From: Squalus acanthias
Lineage: Eukaryota
DNA: 64,000 nt
Assembly (NCBI GenBank): GCA_030390025.1
Contig: CM059435.1
Location: 81,468,001-81,532,000, forward strand
Direction of reading: 5' to 3'
Below, one piece after another: positions 1-12,020 of this stretch (position 1 is the stretch's first letter; every line of letters begins with the position of its first letter). Position numbers and translations under genes: made by a program. Below the pieces are notes generated by a model. It was not told the origin of the DNA and ran no database searches. It was given only the letters and a program-made list of their open reading frames with translations.

Positions 1-257
1 GACGTGTTCCATGAAAACTTACTTGGATTTATAGTCTAATTATATATATCCTTGATTTGATACTTTGGTACTCCTACTCAAAGAAAATAAATCTGACGAC
101 AGAACACAGTTATAATGGTCTATGTGTACACCATGTGCTCTACAGAGTTTTTTACAAGTTTCCTTTTTGTTCTCTGATCCCCATTTTTGTTTCCATTTTG
201 AAATCTTATTTGCACCTTACCCAGTTCTCTTGGTGTGACAATTGTCTGTTAAGTTAA

Positions 258-615
258 GAAAAAAGAACTTGCATTTACAATGTGCCTTTCAAGTCCTCAG
301 GATTTCTACAGCACTACACAGATAATTAATTACTTTGCAGTAGTCACTGTTCATTTGCAGGCAAATGCAGCAGCCCATTTGTACACAGCAAGGTACCAGA
401 AATAGAAAACGGGATGAATGGTCAGTTAATCTGTTTTGAAGATGCTGGTTGAGGGACAAATGTTGGATAGAACACAACTACTTTTCTTCAATAGTGCCAC
501 ACGAACTACGATGGGTCCTTGGTTTAACATCTCATCCGAAAGACAGCACCTCCGCAGTGTAGCACTTGCTCAGTACTGCACTGAAGTGTCAGTCTAGATT
601 ATGGAGCCAAAACTC
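258..615 (-). mobile_element. Deu-domain tRNA-derived SINE (SacSINE1/AmnSINE-like) with L2-type tail
   Basis: Reverse complement of the Deu core (plus strand ggtttaacatctcatccgaaagacagcacctcc...cagtactgcactgaagtgtc) and L2-like tail aaagaacttgcattta; related copies at 14.4, 31.4, 40.5 and 53.6 kb. Confidence 0.8.
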
Positions 616-861
616 CACAGCCATTCGAACACACTTCCCACCGTGAGTCCAACGGGAGTGTAGCCGGATCCCAGCCTTCCCTACCAGTTCCCATGTAACT
701 CTGCAGAACCACCACCTTCCCCAAACATTGTCTCCAACAATAGAAGTGGTGTGGCCAGGGGAGGTAACTCCCAGGCCTGGAGTTTTCTTGTCCCTGGTCC
801 AGTGGAACAGCAGTGGGCCAGCACCCAAGTGACACCAGGTATACCAGCTTGCGGTCCAGTA

Positions 862-1583
862 GCCTTGCAAACTACTGCCCCACCTCCAACCTTCCTTTCC
901 TCTCAATTCCTTGAATGTGCTGTCACTTCCCAAATCCATGTCCATCTTTCTCGCAACTCCACGTTTGAACCTCTCCAATCAGGTTTCTGCCACTGCCACA
1001 GCACTGAAACAGCCCTAATCAAAGTCACAAATGACATCCTATGTGACTGGGACCATGGTGGACTATCCCTCCTCATCCTTCTTGATCTGTCTGCGGCCTT
1101 TGATGCGGTTAACCACACCATTCTCCTCTAACGCCCCACTCCATTGTCCAGCTGAATGGGACTGCCCTCAACTGGTTATATTCTTATCTATCCAGTCACA
1201 GCCAGAGAATCTCCTACAATGGCTTCTCTTCCCTCTCCCACACAATTACCTTTGGAGTCCCCAGGAGTCCCCTTCGCCCATCCTATTTCTCACCGACATC
1301 ATCCTAAAACACAACGTTAGGTTCCACATGTACACTCACGACAGCCAGCTCTACCTCACCAATGCCTCTGCGTTGTCAGGATGCTTGTCCAACATCCAGT
1401 ACTGGATGAGCAGAAATTTCCTCCAATTAAACATTGCGAAGTCCAAAACTATTATCTTTGGCCCCGCCACAAACTCCACTTCCTAGCAGCCACTTCCATC
1501 CCCTCCCTGGCCATTGTCTGAGGCTGAACCAGACTGTTTGCAACCTTGGCATTCTTTTTGACCCTGAGCTGAGTTTCTGACCC
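862..1583 (+). mobile_element. L2 LINE reverse transcriptase fragment (decayed)
   Basis: Translation QSGFCHCHSTETALIKVTNDIL...LLILLDLSAAFDAVNH, FHMYTHDSQLY, WMSRNFLQLNIAKSK; stops and frameshifts. Confidence 0.92.
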
Positions 1584-1587
1584 GAGG

Positions 1588-1903
1588 CATCTCACAGGAT
1601 CGTAATCAGACAAAAATTGACGCTGAGCCAAAGAAGGAGATATTAGGTCAGGTGACTAAAACCTTGGTGAAAAGGTAGGTTTTAAGGAGCATCTTAAAGG
1701 AGGAGAGAGCGGCAGAGAGGTTTAGGAGTGAATTCCAGAGCTTAGGGCCTAGACGGCTGAAAGCACAGCCTCCAATAGTGGGATGAAGAAAGAGGGTTTG
1801 CACATAAAGCCAGAGTTGGAGGCACGCAGAGGTCTCGGAGGGTTTGTAGGGCTGGAGGAGGTTACAGAGATAAAGAGGGGTGAGGCCATGGAGAGATTTG
1901 AAC
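1588..1903 (-). mobile_element. L2 LINE 3' end fragment
   Basis: Collinear with the 3' end of the minus-strand L2 at 33.9-34.3 kb (gtaggttttaaggagc..tcttaaaggagg, agcttagggcctag). Confidence 0.88.
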
Positions 1904-2309
1904 TACTGATGGCATATTTATGTTGGAGAAGTCCTTACTGTGCTGGGTCCCAGCCCACTTTCTGTTGAAACCCATTTTGATTTTAGGGTACTTTTGACAG
2001 TATAAAGCTTAAAGCAACTGCATGTCTACAGTTGTTTTAAAGCTGCTGATTTAGTCATTTTTTGGCATTAGTACCTCTCTCATAAAAAGATCTGTCATGC
2101 CATTAATAGCAGAACTGTTTTGCTGCCTATAGAGGCAGCCTACCAGAGACCATTTTCCTTGGCCACTTTTTGCTCCAAAGCATTCCACTTAGCATTTACA
2201 TTGGAGCCTAAGAGAACACTGCCAGCAGAGGCTTGGCTAAAATCTATATACTTTTGTGGTGCATGTTACCACCAGTGGCAGCTCGAGCAAACGTTTAATT
2301 TAGCCAACT

Positions 2310-2740
2310 GTGTGTGAGCCAAACAACACAGGAAGCAAGGTCTCAAGTTCAACCCTTGGCCTGTACTAAGGTAGCTGATCTCAGCTGGGGAAGGCAATAA
2401 GGCACCGTGATTAGCATTGATGCCCCTACACTAACGTTCCTCTTGCTGATCGCTCTCCAGTGAACCCCGCTGAAAAATGCACTTTTGGGAAATCAAGTGA
2501 GAACAGGGTCAAATGGTCTCCATGGTTAAATAATGTGTCAACATTCACTCTCCAGGTATACGGTGAAGAATGGGTGAAGTACTGGAGGGCTGCAGCCCCC
2601 TGTGAAACCATATCCCAGAAAGAGTCAGTGCCTTCAGCAGAAGCGTGGAGTATAAACACCGGCATTGACCTGTTAGGCCGAATGGCCTCCTTCTGTGCTG
2701 TATGATTCTATGAAGAGGGGAGGAAATTAGAAAAGAGTAA
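2310..2740 (+). mobile_element. Unclassified old SINE-like repeat, interrupted near its end by a CR1 tail (2642-2712)
   Basis: Similar head (B-box-like gttcaa..ccc), core (cccagtgacccctg..gaa) and end (gagtcag...ttcag.agagg) at 22340-23290 and 36130-36780. Confidence 0.55.
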
Positions 2741-2944
2741 ACAAATGACTATGTTGTACACGTAACAGGGCCAGATTCTCTAGAGAGACTTTTTGCCTTT
2801 TAATTTAACTCTACATTTCTATACTTGACCAATGTACAGGTAAGTGGAATAATGGTATTTCTTAGATGAGGTCATGAAGTGAGGATATACTTCACTGAGT
2901 GGTCCGTCTAAGAACTGGTCAGACACATCATAGATAGTAATACA

Positions 2945-3152
2945 TAGAGAGTGGTGAGAATGTGGAACTCTGCCACATGGAGTGGTTGATGTAGATAGCT
3001 TTGATGCATTTAAAGGGAGGTTTGATGCATACATGAGGGAGAAGAGAATAGAAGAATATGCGGAGCAGAGTGGGAGAAGTCTTGTATGGAGTATAAACAT
3101 CGGCATAGACCAGTTGGGCCGAATGGCCTGTTTCTGTGCTGTAAATTCTACG
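2945..3152 (+). mobile_element. CR1 LINE 3' end
   Basis: RVVRMWNS...FKGRFDAYM followed by the CR1 3' hairpin/tail gggccgaatggcctgtttctgtgctgtaaattcta. Confidence 0.88.
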
Positions 3153-3267
3153 TGGCAAAGAATATTGGCTGTTAGAAGAAAGGTAAGAGGTATTGTAAGA
3201 GTGAGCTCTCTGCTTCTTTCGTCACTTATCTAGCTTCTCTGTAGATGCAGTCATTTCTGACTTCTGA

Positions 3268-6200
3268 TGTCACGGTATTGTTGGATCTGGCTGTACAAGC
3301 AACAGTCTTCTCCAATCATTTAAACGGAAGATAAAACTTCCTTTGAGTCCACCCAAGAGTGAACAATGTGAGAAAACTAAAGTAGACGGTTTAGGTTTAG
3401 AATTGGGAGTGTTTAGAGTGAGTAATGAGCCTACACTGTAGTGCCAGGGTTAGGTGACATAACGAGACACAAAAGCGAAACTTAAGTAATCTGTACATGT
3501 CATATGAACCCCAAGATTAAATTACAAATTATACTCCCTCTATACTATCTATAATTTTTTGTTTAGATATATATTTCTATATGTACTATAAAGCATTAAT
3601 AAAATGAAAACATGCTAACACTGTTGAAAATAGAGCTGAAAGGACATTGAAGGCTGAAAGGTTACATGATGGATGTTACTGTCAATTCGTGCCGCACCCC
3701 AAAAAAGAATTTGTTGAACTGACTGTTTTGGTCTCACCGTTAACCTAAAACATCCCAAAGACAGCTGAACTGTTATTTAAACCAATGATGGAACAATATT
3801 CCTATTTGGCACATGCACTAGCCCAGTGTCACAATCTGGTACAGAACTAAACCATGCAAGGAAACAAATGTTACGTATAAGACTGGTACAGCTTCATTTT
3901 ATTATTAAAATGATCTTTTTTTTAAAAAACCTGCTCAATAATTCCTACTGAACAAAATTGTTTTGCTGGTTATCTTTTTAAAACTTGTTTAATGTTTTTA
4001 GTGTCAAAACAATGTAAACAATGAATTTTAATGTGTGTTGAAAGAGTATTGTAATTCTATACTTGTTAACATTTTTAATTTTATTTCCTTTTTGGCCTGT
4101 TCATTGTCTGTGTGTTAGATGCATTTATTAAAAAAAAAGGGTGTGTGTTTAATGGGCTTTGGTGCATTACATGAAAATCTTGTATGCTTAACAGATTGAT
4201 TTCTCTGACATTTACATTGACTAAAAAATGTACTGCCTTCATTCATCTTCATGATGAAAAAGGGTTTTCTCTTTGGTTCTTTCGCTGCAAACTATTGCCA
4301 GATTAAAATCTCACTTTTATTCCTCCTGCCTATGTAGTATAAACACTGTGTTAGCATGCTTTGTGCTTTTTTCTTTCCCCCATTACTTAGCATAAATGAA
4401 CGCCACCGCCAGGATTGAAATCAAGTCCAGCAAAAACTTTTGCAGTTACACTGTGTTGAAATGTTAGTGTTAGTGTTTTATAAATAAATAATTCATCATC
4501 TTGTATTGGATATGAACCAATAGGTAACTGATCTGGGATCTGTTCCATGCATGTTACTGAGGAGAAATAGGCAAAGCCATCCCATTTCATTTGGCCTTGA
4601 CAAATGTAGATCTGATCTAAATCGACAGCCAACTCAGATTAAAGGTAATCCCTAAGTAACTGATTTATAAGTGAAATTCTGACAAGCAGTGCATCCCTCA
4701 GTACAATGTCACAGTTTACATTATTGCCTTTACTCTAAATGAACTGCCCTGCTGATGATGTCAAAAAGTGATTCATAGCCTTATCCATCACATTGTCCAA
4801 TTCATGAGATTGTTGATTGGAGTAGTTAATTTGATGAATGGGGAATAAGAATTTGGGCTTTAAAACAAAGGACAGATTCAGATTTTTAATATAGTGCTCT
4901 GAGTGACACACTAATTGTTAGAACTCCCTGCCGTTATCTTGGGGATTCGTTTTAAAGATGAATGGGCAAATTAAATCAACGTGAAAATGTTCAGAATGTG
5001 AAAAAATTAAATCTAAATTTGCTGCCTCCTAAATCATACATCTAGATCGCTCATGGATGTGTCCCATGTATGAAACCTGCAATTCCCAACCACAATTGGC
5101 ATTGAGAGTCAACTTGTCAAGCAATAGACAAAGTTCATCCCGTCCACTTGATCCAATTCCCCAAGGCAAACATGCATGGAGAGTGGCAGTCAAGAAAAGC
5201 GAAACTTTTAGGGTCCGTTCAGTAGATAATTATGTTAAAATGTGTGTTCCACACTAACTATCCTGATTGTTTCTGCTCAATCACTGATGTAAAGATAGCA
5301 GTGGGAAACTGATGATGTTTTCCAGTAACGTGTTACAAGGCTTTAGGTTACAATATAATGTCTCGGATGTAGCAGTCCACACATATTCAATTTTCGGTAG
5401 TTTTCCACTGCAGCACTGTCATATATCATTAAGTGAACGGAGTCAGCATGTAAATGGAAGAATGAGAGCCTCCAGTCTGAGTGTGGCTTAGTCCTTATCT
5501 GATAACCAATGTGTTTACATCACATGAGGATCACAGTGGTGAATTTACAGCAGTTGCACTGGAGGAGACAATTTGCTCATATATGAGAATACGTTTACAG
5601 ACAAAAAAAGCTAAGCAGTAGTATTTTGTAAACAGTATGAAAGTCACAATGCAGGATGGAGGAGGCACTCTTAATTGTGTCCAGCTAATGTGCAGTTTGA
5701 GAAACATTCAAAATTAAATATTATGCTTTCTATGTTTCATATTAATATATTATGAGGATATAAAGAATTGCTCAAAATAATTGGATGCTGCTGTTATTAT
5801 GTAACTTAGCAATATTGGTTCTACCAATTGTTGCATTATTTGCTGATTGATGTAGATTGATCCTTTTTTAATTAAATTTAAATGAAGGTGAGTGAAGGTC
5901 ATGGGTGCAGATTGGTGCTCTTGTGCTAGTCTTGGTGACTTTAGTGAACATACTGATCTTACTATTAACTGAAAGTGAAGCAACTTAGTCTTGTTCTTCA
6001 TTTGGTTACAGGAACATTAGAAGGTAGGAAAAAGGACAATCCATTCAAACCTTAGCCTATTTGTTTCCATGTTCAGGACCTCCTTGGACTATTTTTTATC
6101 CCTTCACCTCTGGGTATCAAGTTTTTATCTCTCTGCTTCCTATTGAATTAGTTTTTGAATGCTTCAATTAAGTTTGCACTCACTGCTAATTCACAAGTTA

Positions 6201-7030
6201 ACAACTCTTAAATGTGAAATAGACATGCTTAGCTGGAGGTTTCCTTAGCTTTTAATTGGGTCCCATTACTTATTTTCTTTTGGTCCTGTAGAAAGAGTTT
6301 AATTGAAACTGAACATCTTTGCATGAACCCCTGTTCTCATGTAAGCTACAAGGGTCTACTGCTGGACAAGGATACCGTACTGTGCCTAAGTTTGAGATAC
6401 ATTCTTGAATTATGAGCTCAGGGAAATGGTGTCGATAAAAGGCTAGTTACAGGAGGCACACTTTGGAATAGGATATCCTGGGCACTGAGCACATACAGGA
6501 AAATGCACAATTGACATTTTTGCTACTGAAGGACCTCTTAAAGAAAACCAAAACTACAACAAAAAACCTTTGGGACATTTCTCTGCTGTAATAAAAAAAA
6601 AATCTTTTTGGTTGCTATGTATGTTATTCTTATTAACTTTTATTATGAATTTGAAGATTTCATATTTCTGTTTGCACAATGTTTCACTTTACTCCTGTAG
6701 GCTGGTGTTTGTAAAGGTGCCAACTCTCAGACATCAGCTAGGCAAAGTGGCACCTCATTTGTTTTGAGCATTATCAATATAAAAAGATGTCTCCTCTATG
6801 ATTTGCATTTACAATATATACTCATTTAAATTTAAGTTATGTATAACTATTTTTATTTTAAGAAATAACAGTGTATTAAGCTGCTTCCCCCTGCCTTGAT
6901 TCAGACATTTAGCTTTCTAGGAATCAGACTTTTGTATAATTGTGGGTGTTAAAACTTTTGGGCAGGCAGTATTGATATGTCCTTGCTATTAAAGTCTTTC
7001 ATTTGGGCTTTAATAAAAATATATTTAACC
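3268..7030 (+). other. Possible terminal exon and long 3'UTR of an upstream gene
   Basis: 57-codon stop-free frame 3268-3441 (...FKRKIKLPLSPPKSEQCEKTKVDGLGLELGVFRVSNEPTL*), then AT-rich TE-poor DNA ending in ATTAAA (~6988) and AATAAA (7012) with a downstream T/GT-rich tract; splice acceptor weak. Confidence 0.3.
6010..6320 (-). mobile_element. Very old CR1 3' end remnant
   Basis: Degenerate resemblance to the antisense CR1 3' ends at 32.6 and 56.2 kb. Confidence 0.4.
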
Positions 7031-7659
7031 AAAAGTTTTGCTTGTGAGTTTCTGTGTGTTTTATTTATATTTTTATTATATTACTAGCAAATGTGCTGTG
7101 GTGCACCACACGGTTATCGAAATGAGGCAAGGTTTGAAAGATGAGCAATATTATATGATGGTAAGTGTAGGTGTATGTCCTTTTAACGCTGCAATTAAGT
7201 ACCGGGTGATGTCATACAACCGTCAATTATGAGACTGCAGACATTCTGCCTCCATTATTTTGTACTCCTGAACTGTTACTTTGTTTCTTTATACTTTCTT
7301 TAAAGTGTGACACACAAAATTGAGCACAACACTTGATGTGTGACAGAAAGGAAATAGTTGTAACATTTTTTGTTTTTTTATATATATTTCTTCCTTCATT
7401 TACTAGCATCATAAACAGGAAGTGCTGTCTGCTGCCCCTTTTGGTAGATCCTGTACAAAATGGCTGTTCTAAGGCTGCCTCTAATGCCAATTTAAGGCAT
7501 GTGGCATTAAAGGAAATGTAGCCACAGGGATGGCTGAAGAACAGAAAGTAGGGGTAAATAGATATTTTCATATTAGCAAGATTTGGGTAGTGGGTGCCCA
7601 GGGAAATGTGCTGGCACATCTTTTACCTTTAATTTCAACATAGGCATCTGATGAATTAT

Positions 7660-8120
7660 ATCAAAGTTTGCTTATGACATTATGACAAATTGTGAGGAAG
7701 ATTCCAGGAGGACACAATAGGTTAGTAGAATGAGCAGTTAGGTGGAAGATGCAGTTCAATGCAGGAAAATTTGAACTAGTACGTCCTAAATGTAATATTC
7801 TTAAGAGTAGAGGAACAGAGATATGTAAATCTTTAAAGATGGGAGAGAAGGCAGAAAAGGACAAATGAATTCTTGGTTTTATATATGGATATTGAATATT
7901 TAAAAAATGATAAAATTATACAAGATATCGGTTAGACTGCAGTTGAAGTACTGCGAGTAGCTCTGAGCGCCCATTATAGGAAAGATGCTAGAGCCAGGGA
8001 AATGGTACAGTAAAAGTTCACTAGAATGACACTGGGAATAAGAGGTTATAGTAATGAAGAAAGACTCAAAAAACTAGGGCTTTTTCACTGAAACAGTGGA
8101 GGTTAAGAAGGTTATTCAAA
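7660..8120 (+). mobile_element. Old CR1 LINE RT C-terminal fragment
   Basis: Degenerate W.MQFNAGK, VRLQLKYC, YRKD and EERLKKLGLF motifs. Confidence 0.75.
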
Positions 8121-8124
8121 TTAT

Positions 8125-9560
8125 CTGTTAATTTGAATTGAAATTGTGCAAAAAAACTTTGAAAATGTATTAAAGATTTGTTGCTTAATTTGAAATTGGA
8201 TTTGAATTCTCACCCCAAAGGGTCCTGACCTATGAAATCTTCTGCTTAATTTGAATTCAACCTAATTCAAGCAGGCCAGAGCAGTTTACCCTCCTGGACT
8301 ATTCAATCTCATTTTGCTGCAACAGGCAACTGCATTCACCGAAGAGTTTGGATGTGAATCTGTTTCTGCATCTTAAATCAGTGCTTCAAAAACTGTGCTG
8401 GTCGACGTTTGGGGATGCAACTGATGTTACCACAAAAAGTGTCAACAACTGGGTGCTTGATAAAATTCTGGAAATTTAGCTCACTCTAAGCTCACTTCTT
8501 TAATGCTGGTGGAAGTGGTCTTTTGAACCAGCTCCATCCAATCAGAATGCAGCGTTTATTAATGAAAAATGCTTAAATTGGAAGCTAAGCAGTGAATTGT
8601 GCTATAATAAAAACAGAAAATGCTGGAAATACTCAGCAGGTCAGGCAGCATCTGTGAAGAGAGAAACAGAGTTAACGTTTCAGGTCGATGACCTTTCGTC
8701 AGTGAATTGTGCTCATGGTTTTTGGTAGCGGGCCTGTGAGGGACGGGGAGGAAGCTACTGGTGATTGACAATTACAGCCCCCACCCCGCCCTATGTTTTT
8801 ACGGTGCTGTTATTCCGGGTGATCGGCTACGTCCCTTTGATTGAAGCATAGCATCGCAAAGCAGCAATGTCACCTTGAGAGTTGACACACTCGGCTCGCG
8901 GGAAGTGCCTGTGTCTGAAAGCAGAACCTTGCTATTTACTATTTTACACCGTAAATTCATCCCACCAGCAGAGTTCGCGGCTGCATCTGACACAGTTAAG
9001 GATTTCACACGGGCGCCAACGATCACCTCGGAAGCAGTGAACCTCGCTGAGACCACGAGTTATCTGTTGCAACTGCCGGCAGACACGAGTTTTGAATCCA
9101 TTATCAGTGTTGATCAGGTAGTCCTGAAATCTGGATTGCTGACCGGCAGAGAAGTTGTAGATGCTGTGGACAGGAATGCTGCTGCCAGCGGGAGTGAGAA
9201 TGAGGAAGAAGTGCAAGTGAGTCGGAGCAGACGGAGGTGGATGAAGCAGCCCCTACCATGGCCATGGTGTCCAGTCTGTGCGATGGCTGAGGAAGTGGAC
9301 GATAACTAAGCCAGATGTGCCGATGGGACTTTTGTCTGGGCTACATTCTTGGTGGATGAATATGCTTCTGGCAGCAAGCAACCCACAATTAGAGTTTTCT
9401 GTGAAATGACCAAATTTTGCGTTGCGCAACTTGTACAGTGTTCAAGTTGCAATAGTTGCTTTGATGGTTGATGGCATATGTTAGTGTTCTTGTAGTGTTT
9501 TGATGTGCTGTTTCATTAAAATGACTCAATTTGAACTACTGGATAATTCATTTAAAAATC
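8125..9560 (+). mobile_element. Decayed pogo/Tigger DNA transposon (internally deleted DDE transposase)
   Basis: FFNAGGSGLL (~FNADETGLF) at ~8495-8525; KLLVIDNYSPHP (~LLLDNAPAHP) at 8752-8787; acidic C-terminus FESIISVD...GLLTGREVVDAV...SENEEE in ORF 8875-9309; taatttgaa subterminal repeats. Confidence 0.72.
8604..8702 (-). mobile_element. Penelope-like family A mini-insertion carrying a hammerhead core
   Basis: 14-bp direct repeat cagtgaattgtgct (8590-8603, 8700-8713); minus strand reads CTGACGA-A-AGGTC-atc-GACCT-GAAA-CGTT-AACT; homologous to 23112-23205. Confidence 0.85.
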
Positions 9561-9761
9561 ATTTAAAAAATGACAGTAGACTCTACATGGATAAGACTTT
9601 GAAGAGAAAACAGGAGTTGGGGATGTCGGAGCCTTGGCCTCAGCTCACGATCTATATCGCACTAACCATTCCTTTATTGTTCATGCTGTTCAGTCATGCA
9701 CTCACTGATATCAAAGCTTGCATTAAACAAAGAGGCACGTCAGTACTTTGGAGGTCACATG

Positions 9762-10031
9762 CAGAGCCGGATTAAGAATTCTTGGGGCCCTGGGCTCAGA
9801 CAACATTCGGGGCCCCTCCGCACAACACCACCACCAAACGTGTGGTAAAATGCATGAAGAAATAGGCCTGGACAATTCATACACACTGCACTAATACAGC
9901 AATTGATGTAACGTACTATGATTAAATGAAACTAATCGAGCGGTTGTCTGCAGTTTTTCTGTTATGGGGAGTTCTAGCAGGGGCCCCATATTTGGCTGGA
10001 GCCCCGTAGGTCCGAGCGTTAGTCTGCCCTT
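9762..10031. mobile_element. hAT-type MITE
   Basis: Imperfect TIRs cagagccggattaa / ttagtctgccctt; repeated subterminal ggggccc motifs; no coding capacity; TSD degenerate. Confidence 0.6.
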
Positions 10032-10311
10032 AGCTGCATGGCACCAAGTTGTAATAAGGACTTATTGGTTACACGTCTTCTCTTTCTGAGTCTGAAGGTT
10101 TGCCAGGAGATGCTGAGTGAAGAGTCATTGATCAGGAGCAACCATGTACCTCTCACCACACCCTGTCATTCAATCTCACTCTGACTAGCAAAAGCACAGA
10201 TACATCCACACTGGGGGAATTTCCAAGTGGGTTTGAAGACAGTACATTGAGTACACCACCTGGCACAAGTGAGCAAGTGAAGATGGTAGAAGAGAAGCTG
10301 GAATCACCTGG

Positions 10312-10460
10312 TTATTAAAGGGGGTGCAGCAACAGAGAGACCTGGGGGTGTATGTACACAAGTCTTTGAAGGTGGCAGGGCAAGTTGAGAAGGCTGTTAA
10401 AAAGGCTTTATAAATAGAGGCATACAGTACAAAAGTAAGGAAGTTATGCTAAACCTTTAT
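10312..10460 (+). mobile_element. CR1 RT fragment
   Basis: QRDLGVYVHKSLKVAGQVEKAVKK...YKSKEVMLNLY. Confidence 0.85.
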
Positions 10461-11110
10461 CATCTCATGTGGCCTCGCTATCCCCTCCATATCCATCACC
10501 AATAAGGCAATCTCCGACCATTTCCTTATATCACTCTCTACCCATTTCCCCTTCCCCCTCCTAAACCCACTTTTTTTCATATCCGCCCCGGAAAAAACTC
10601 TCCCTCAAGTCCCTTACCACTGCACAGTCTAATTCCCAACCACCTAGCCTTTGGCCTACAATTCTTCATGACATCTCTGCAGCTACTGACTTACTAAATC
10701 ACACCCTCTCCACCACCTTTGATGCCCTTGTCCCCACTAAAATCATTACACTCTAGTCATTCCCCCGATATACCCCTCATCTTCACTCCCTGAAGTCCAA
10801 GAGACGCAGACTTGAACGTCTTTGGTGAATAATGGTCTAATCATCCATCACTAGATTTGACTAGATCATATAAAGCACTATTGGGTCCTGCTCTCCATCA
10901 GTAAAACCGTCCATTATTCTAAGATCATCCAGGACGGCATAAAATACACCAGGCTTCTCTTCACCACTAACCATCTCCTCAAACCACCCTCCCCTGCCTC
11001 TTCCTCCCTCACCTCCAACAATAAATGTGAGGAGACCAACTCCTGCTCCTTTGATCCCCTTCCTTGTCAACTCCTGACTACTCAACTGCATTTCCTTACC
11101 CCAGTGTTCT
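10461..11110 (+). mobile_element. L2 ORF2 endonuclease/linker fragment
   Basis: C/T-rich sequence collinear with L2 copies at 35.0-35.45 kb (minus) and 61.9-62.4 kb (tccacc..tttgatgcccttgt). Confidence 0.75.
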
Positions 11111-11149
11111 TTTTACCATTAATAACCAAACAATTGGCATCTAGTACCT

Positions 11150-12020
11150 TTAATGAAGGAAAACATCCCAAGATATTTTGCAGCAGAATAAAAGCTTTAG
11201 ATGCTCAGCATTTATGGATGATTTTGGAGAGGTGACCAAAAATTTGGTCAAATAGATGAATTTTGAGAAAGCTTTAAAAGGTGGGGAAGGAAGTAGAGTC
11301 AGAGGGGTTTGGGAGGGTGTTCCAATGAGTAAGGCCAAGGAGCTGAAGGTGGATTGGAAGGAGGAGATTGTACAGGAGACCAGAGGATGCAAGAGGACAA
11401 GGGCAGCAGGTGCATGGGAACACCACCACCTGCAAGTTCCCCTCCAAGTCACGCACGATCCTGACTTGGAAATATATCACCATTCCTTCATCATCGCTGG
11501 GTCAAAATCTTGGAATAAATGCTGGCCCTGCCAGCGACGCCCACATCCAATGAATGAATAAAAAAAAGAGATGTAAGGCTGGATAAGTTTGCAGAGGTAG
11601 GGTGGGGTGAGGCCATGAAGAAATTTGTAGATGAAGACAAGGATTTTAAATGTGATCCACTGGGGGATGACGAGCTGTTGTAGGACAGTGAGGATGGGAA
11701 AACAAGACTTAGTGCAGAACAGGATGCAAGCAGTGAGGTTTTGGATGGTTTGGCACTTACGTAAGATGGAGGTTTGGAGGGCAGCAAAAAGGCCAAAGGA
11801 GAAGTCAAGATGAAAGCTTAGAAAAGAATTTTAGTAGCAGTGTTGGTAAGGTAGGGCGGTAGCAATGTTGAAGCTAGAAGTAAGAACTCTGTTAATGGAT
11901 CGCATGTGGGGTTCGAAACTCAGCCATGGGTAGAATAAAATGCTGAGTTTGTGTACAATCTGGTTCAAGCTGAGTGAGTAGCCAGGGAAGGAGACCGAGT
12001 CATTGGCAAGAAGGCAGAGG
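11150..12020 (-). mobile_element. Old L2 3' portion, interrupted by a LINE tail at 11392-11568
   Basis: Antisense L2 3' motifs (ggtgaccaaaa.ttggtcaaa, ggggtgaggccatg, LSFEPHMRSI). Confidence 0.75.
11392..11568 (+). mobile_element. CR1-group LINE 3' end with A-tail (internally deleted)
   Basis: RTRAAGAWEHHHLQVPLQVTHDPDLEIY; ends aatgaatgaataaaaaaaaa; same family as 25290-25550. Confidence 0.75.
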
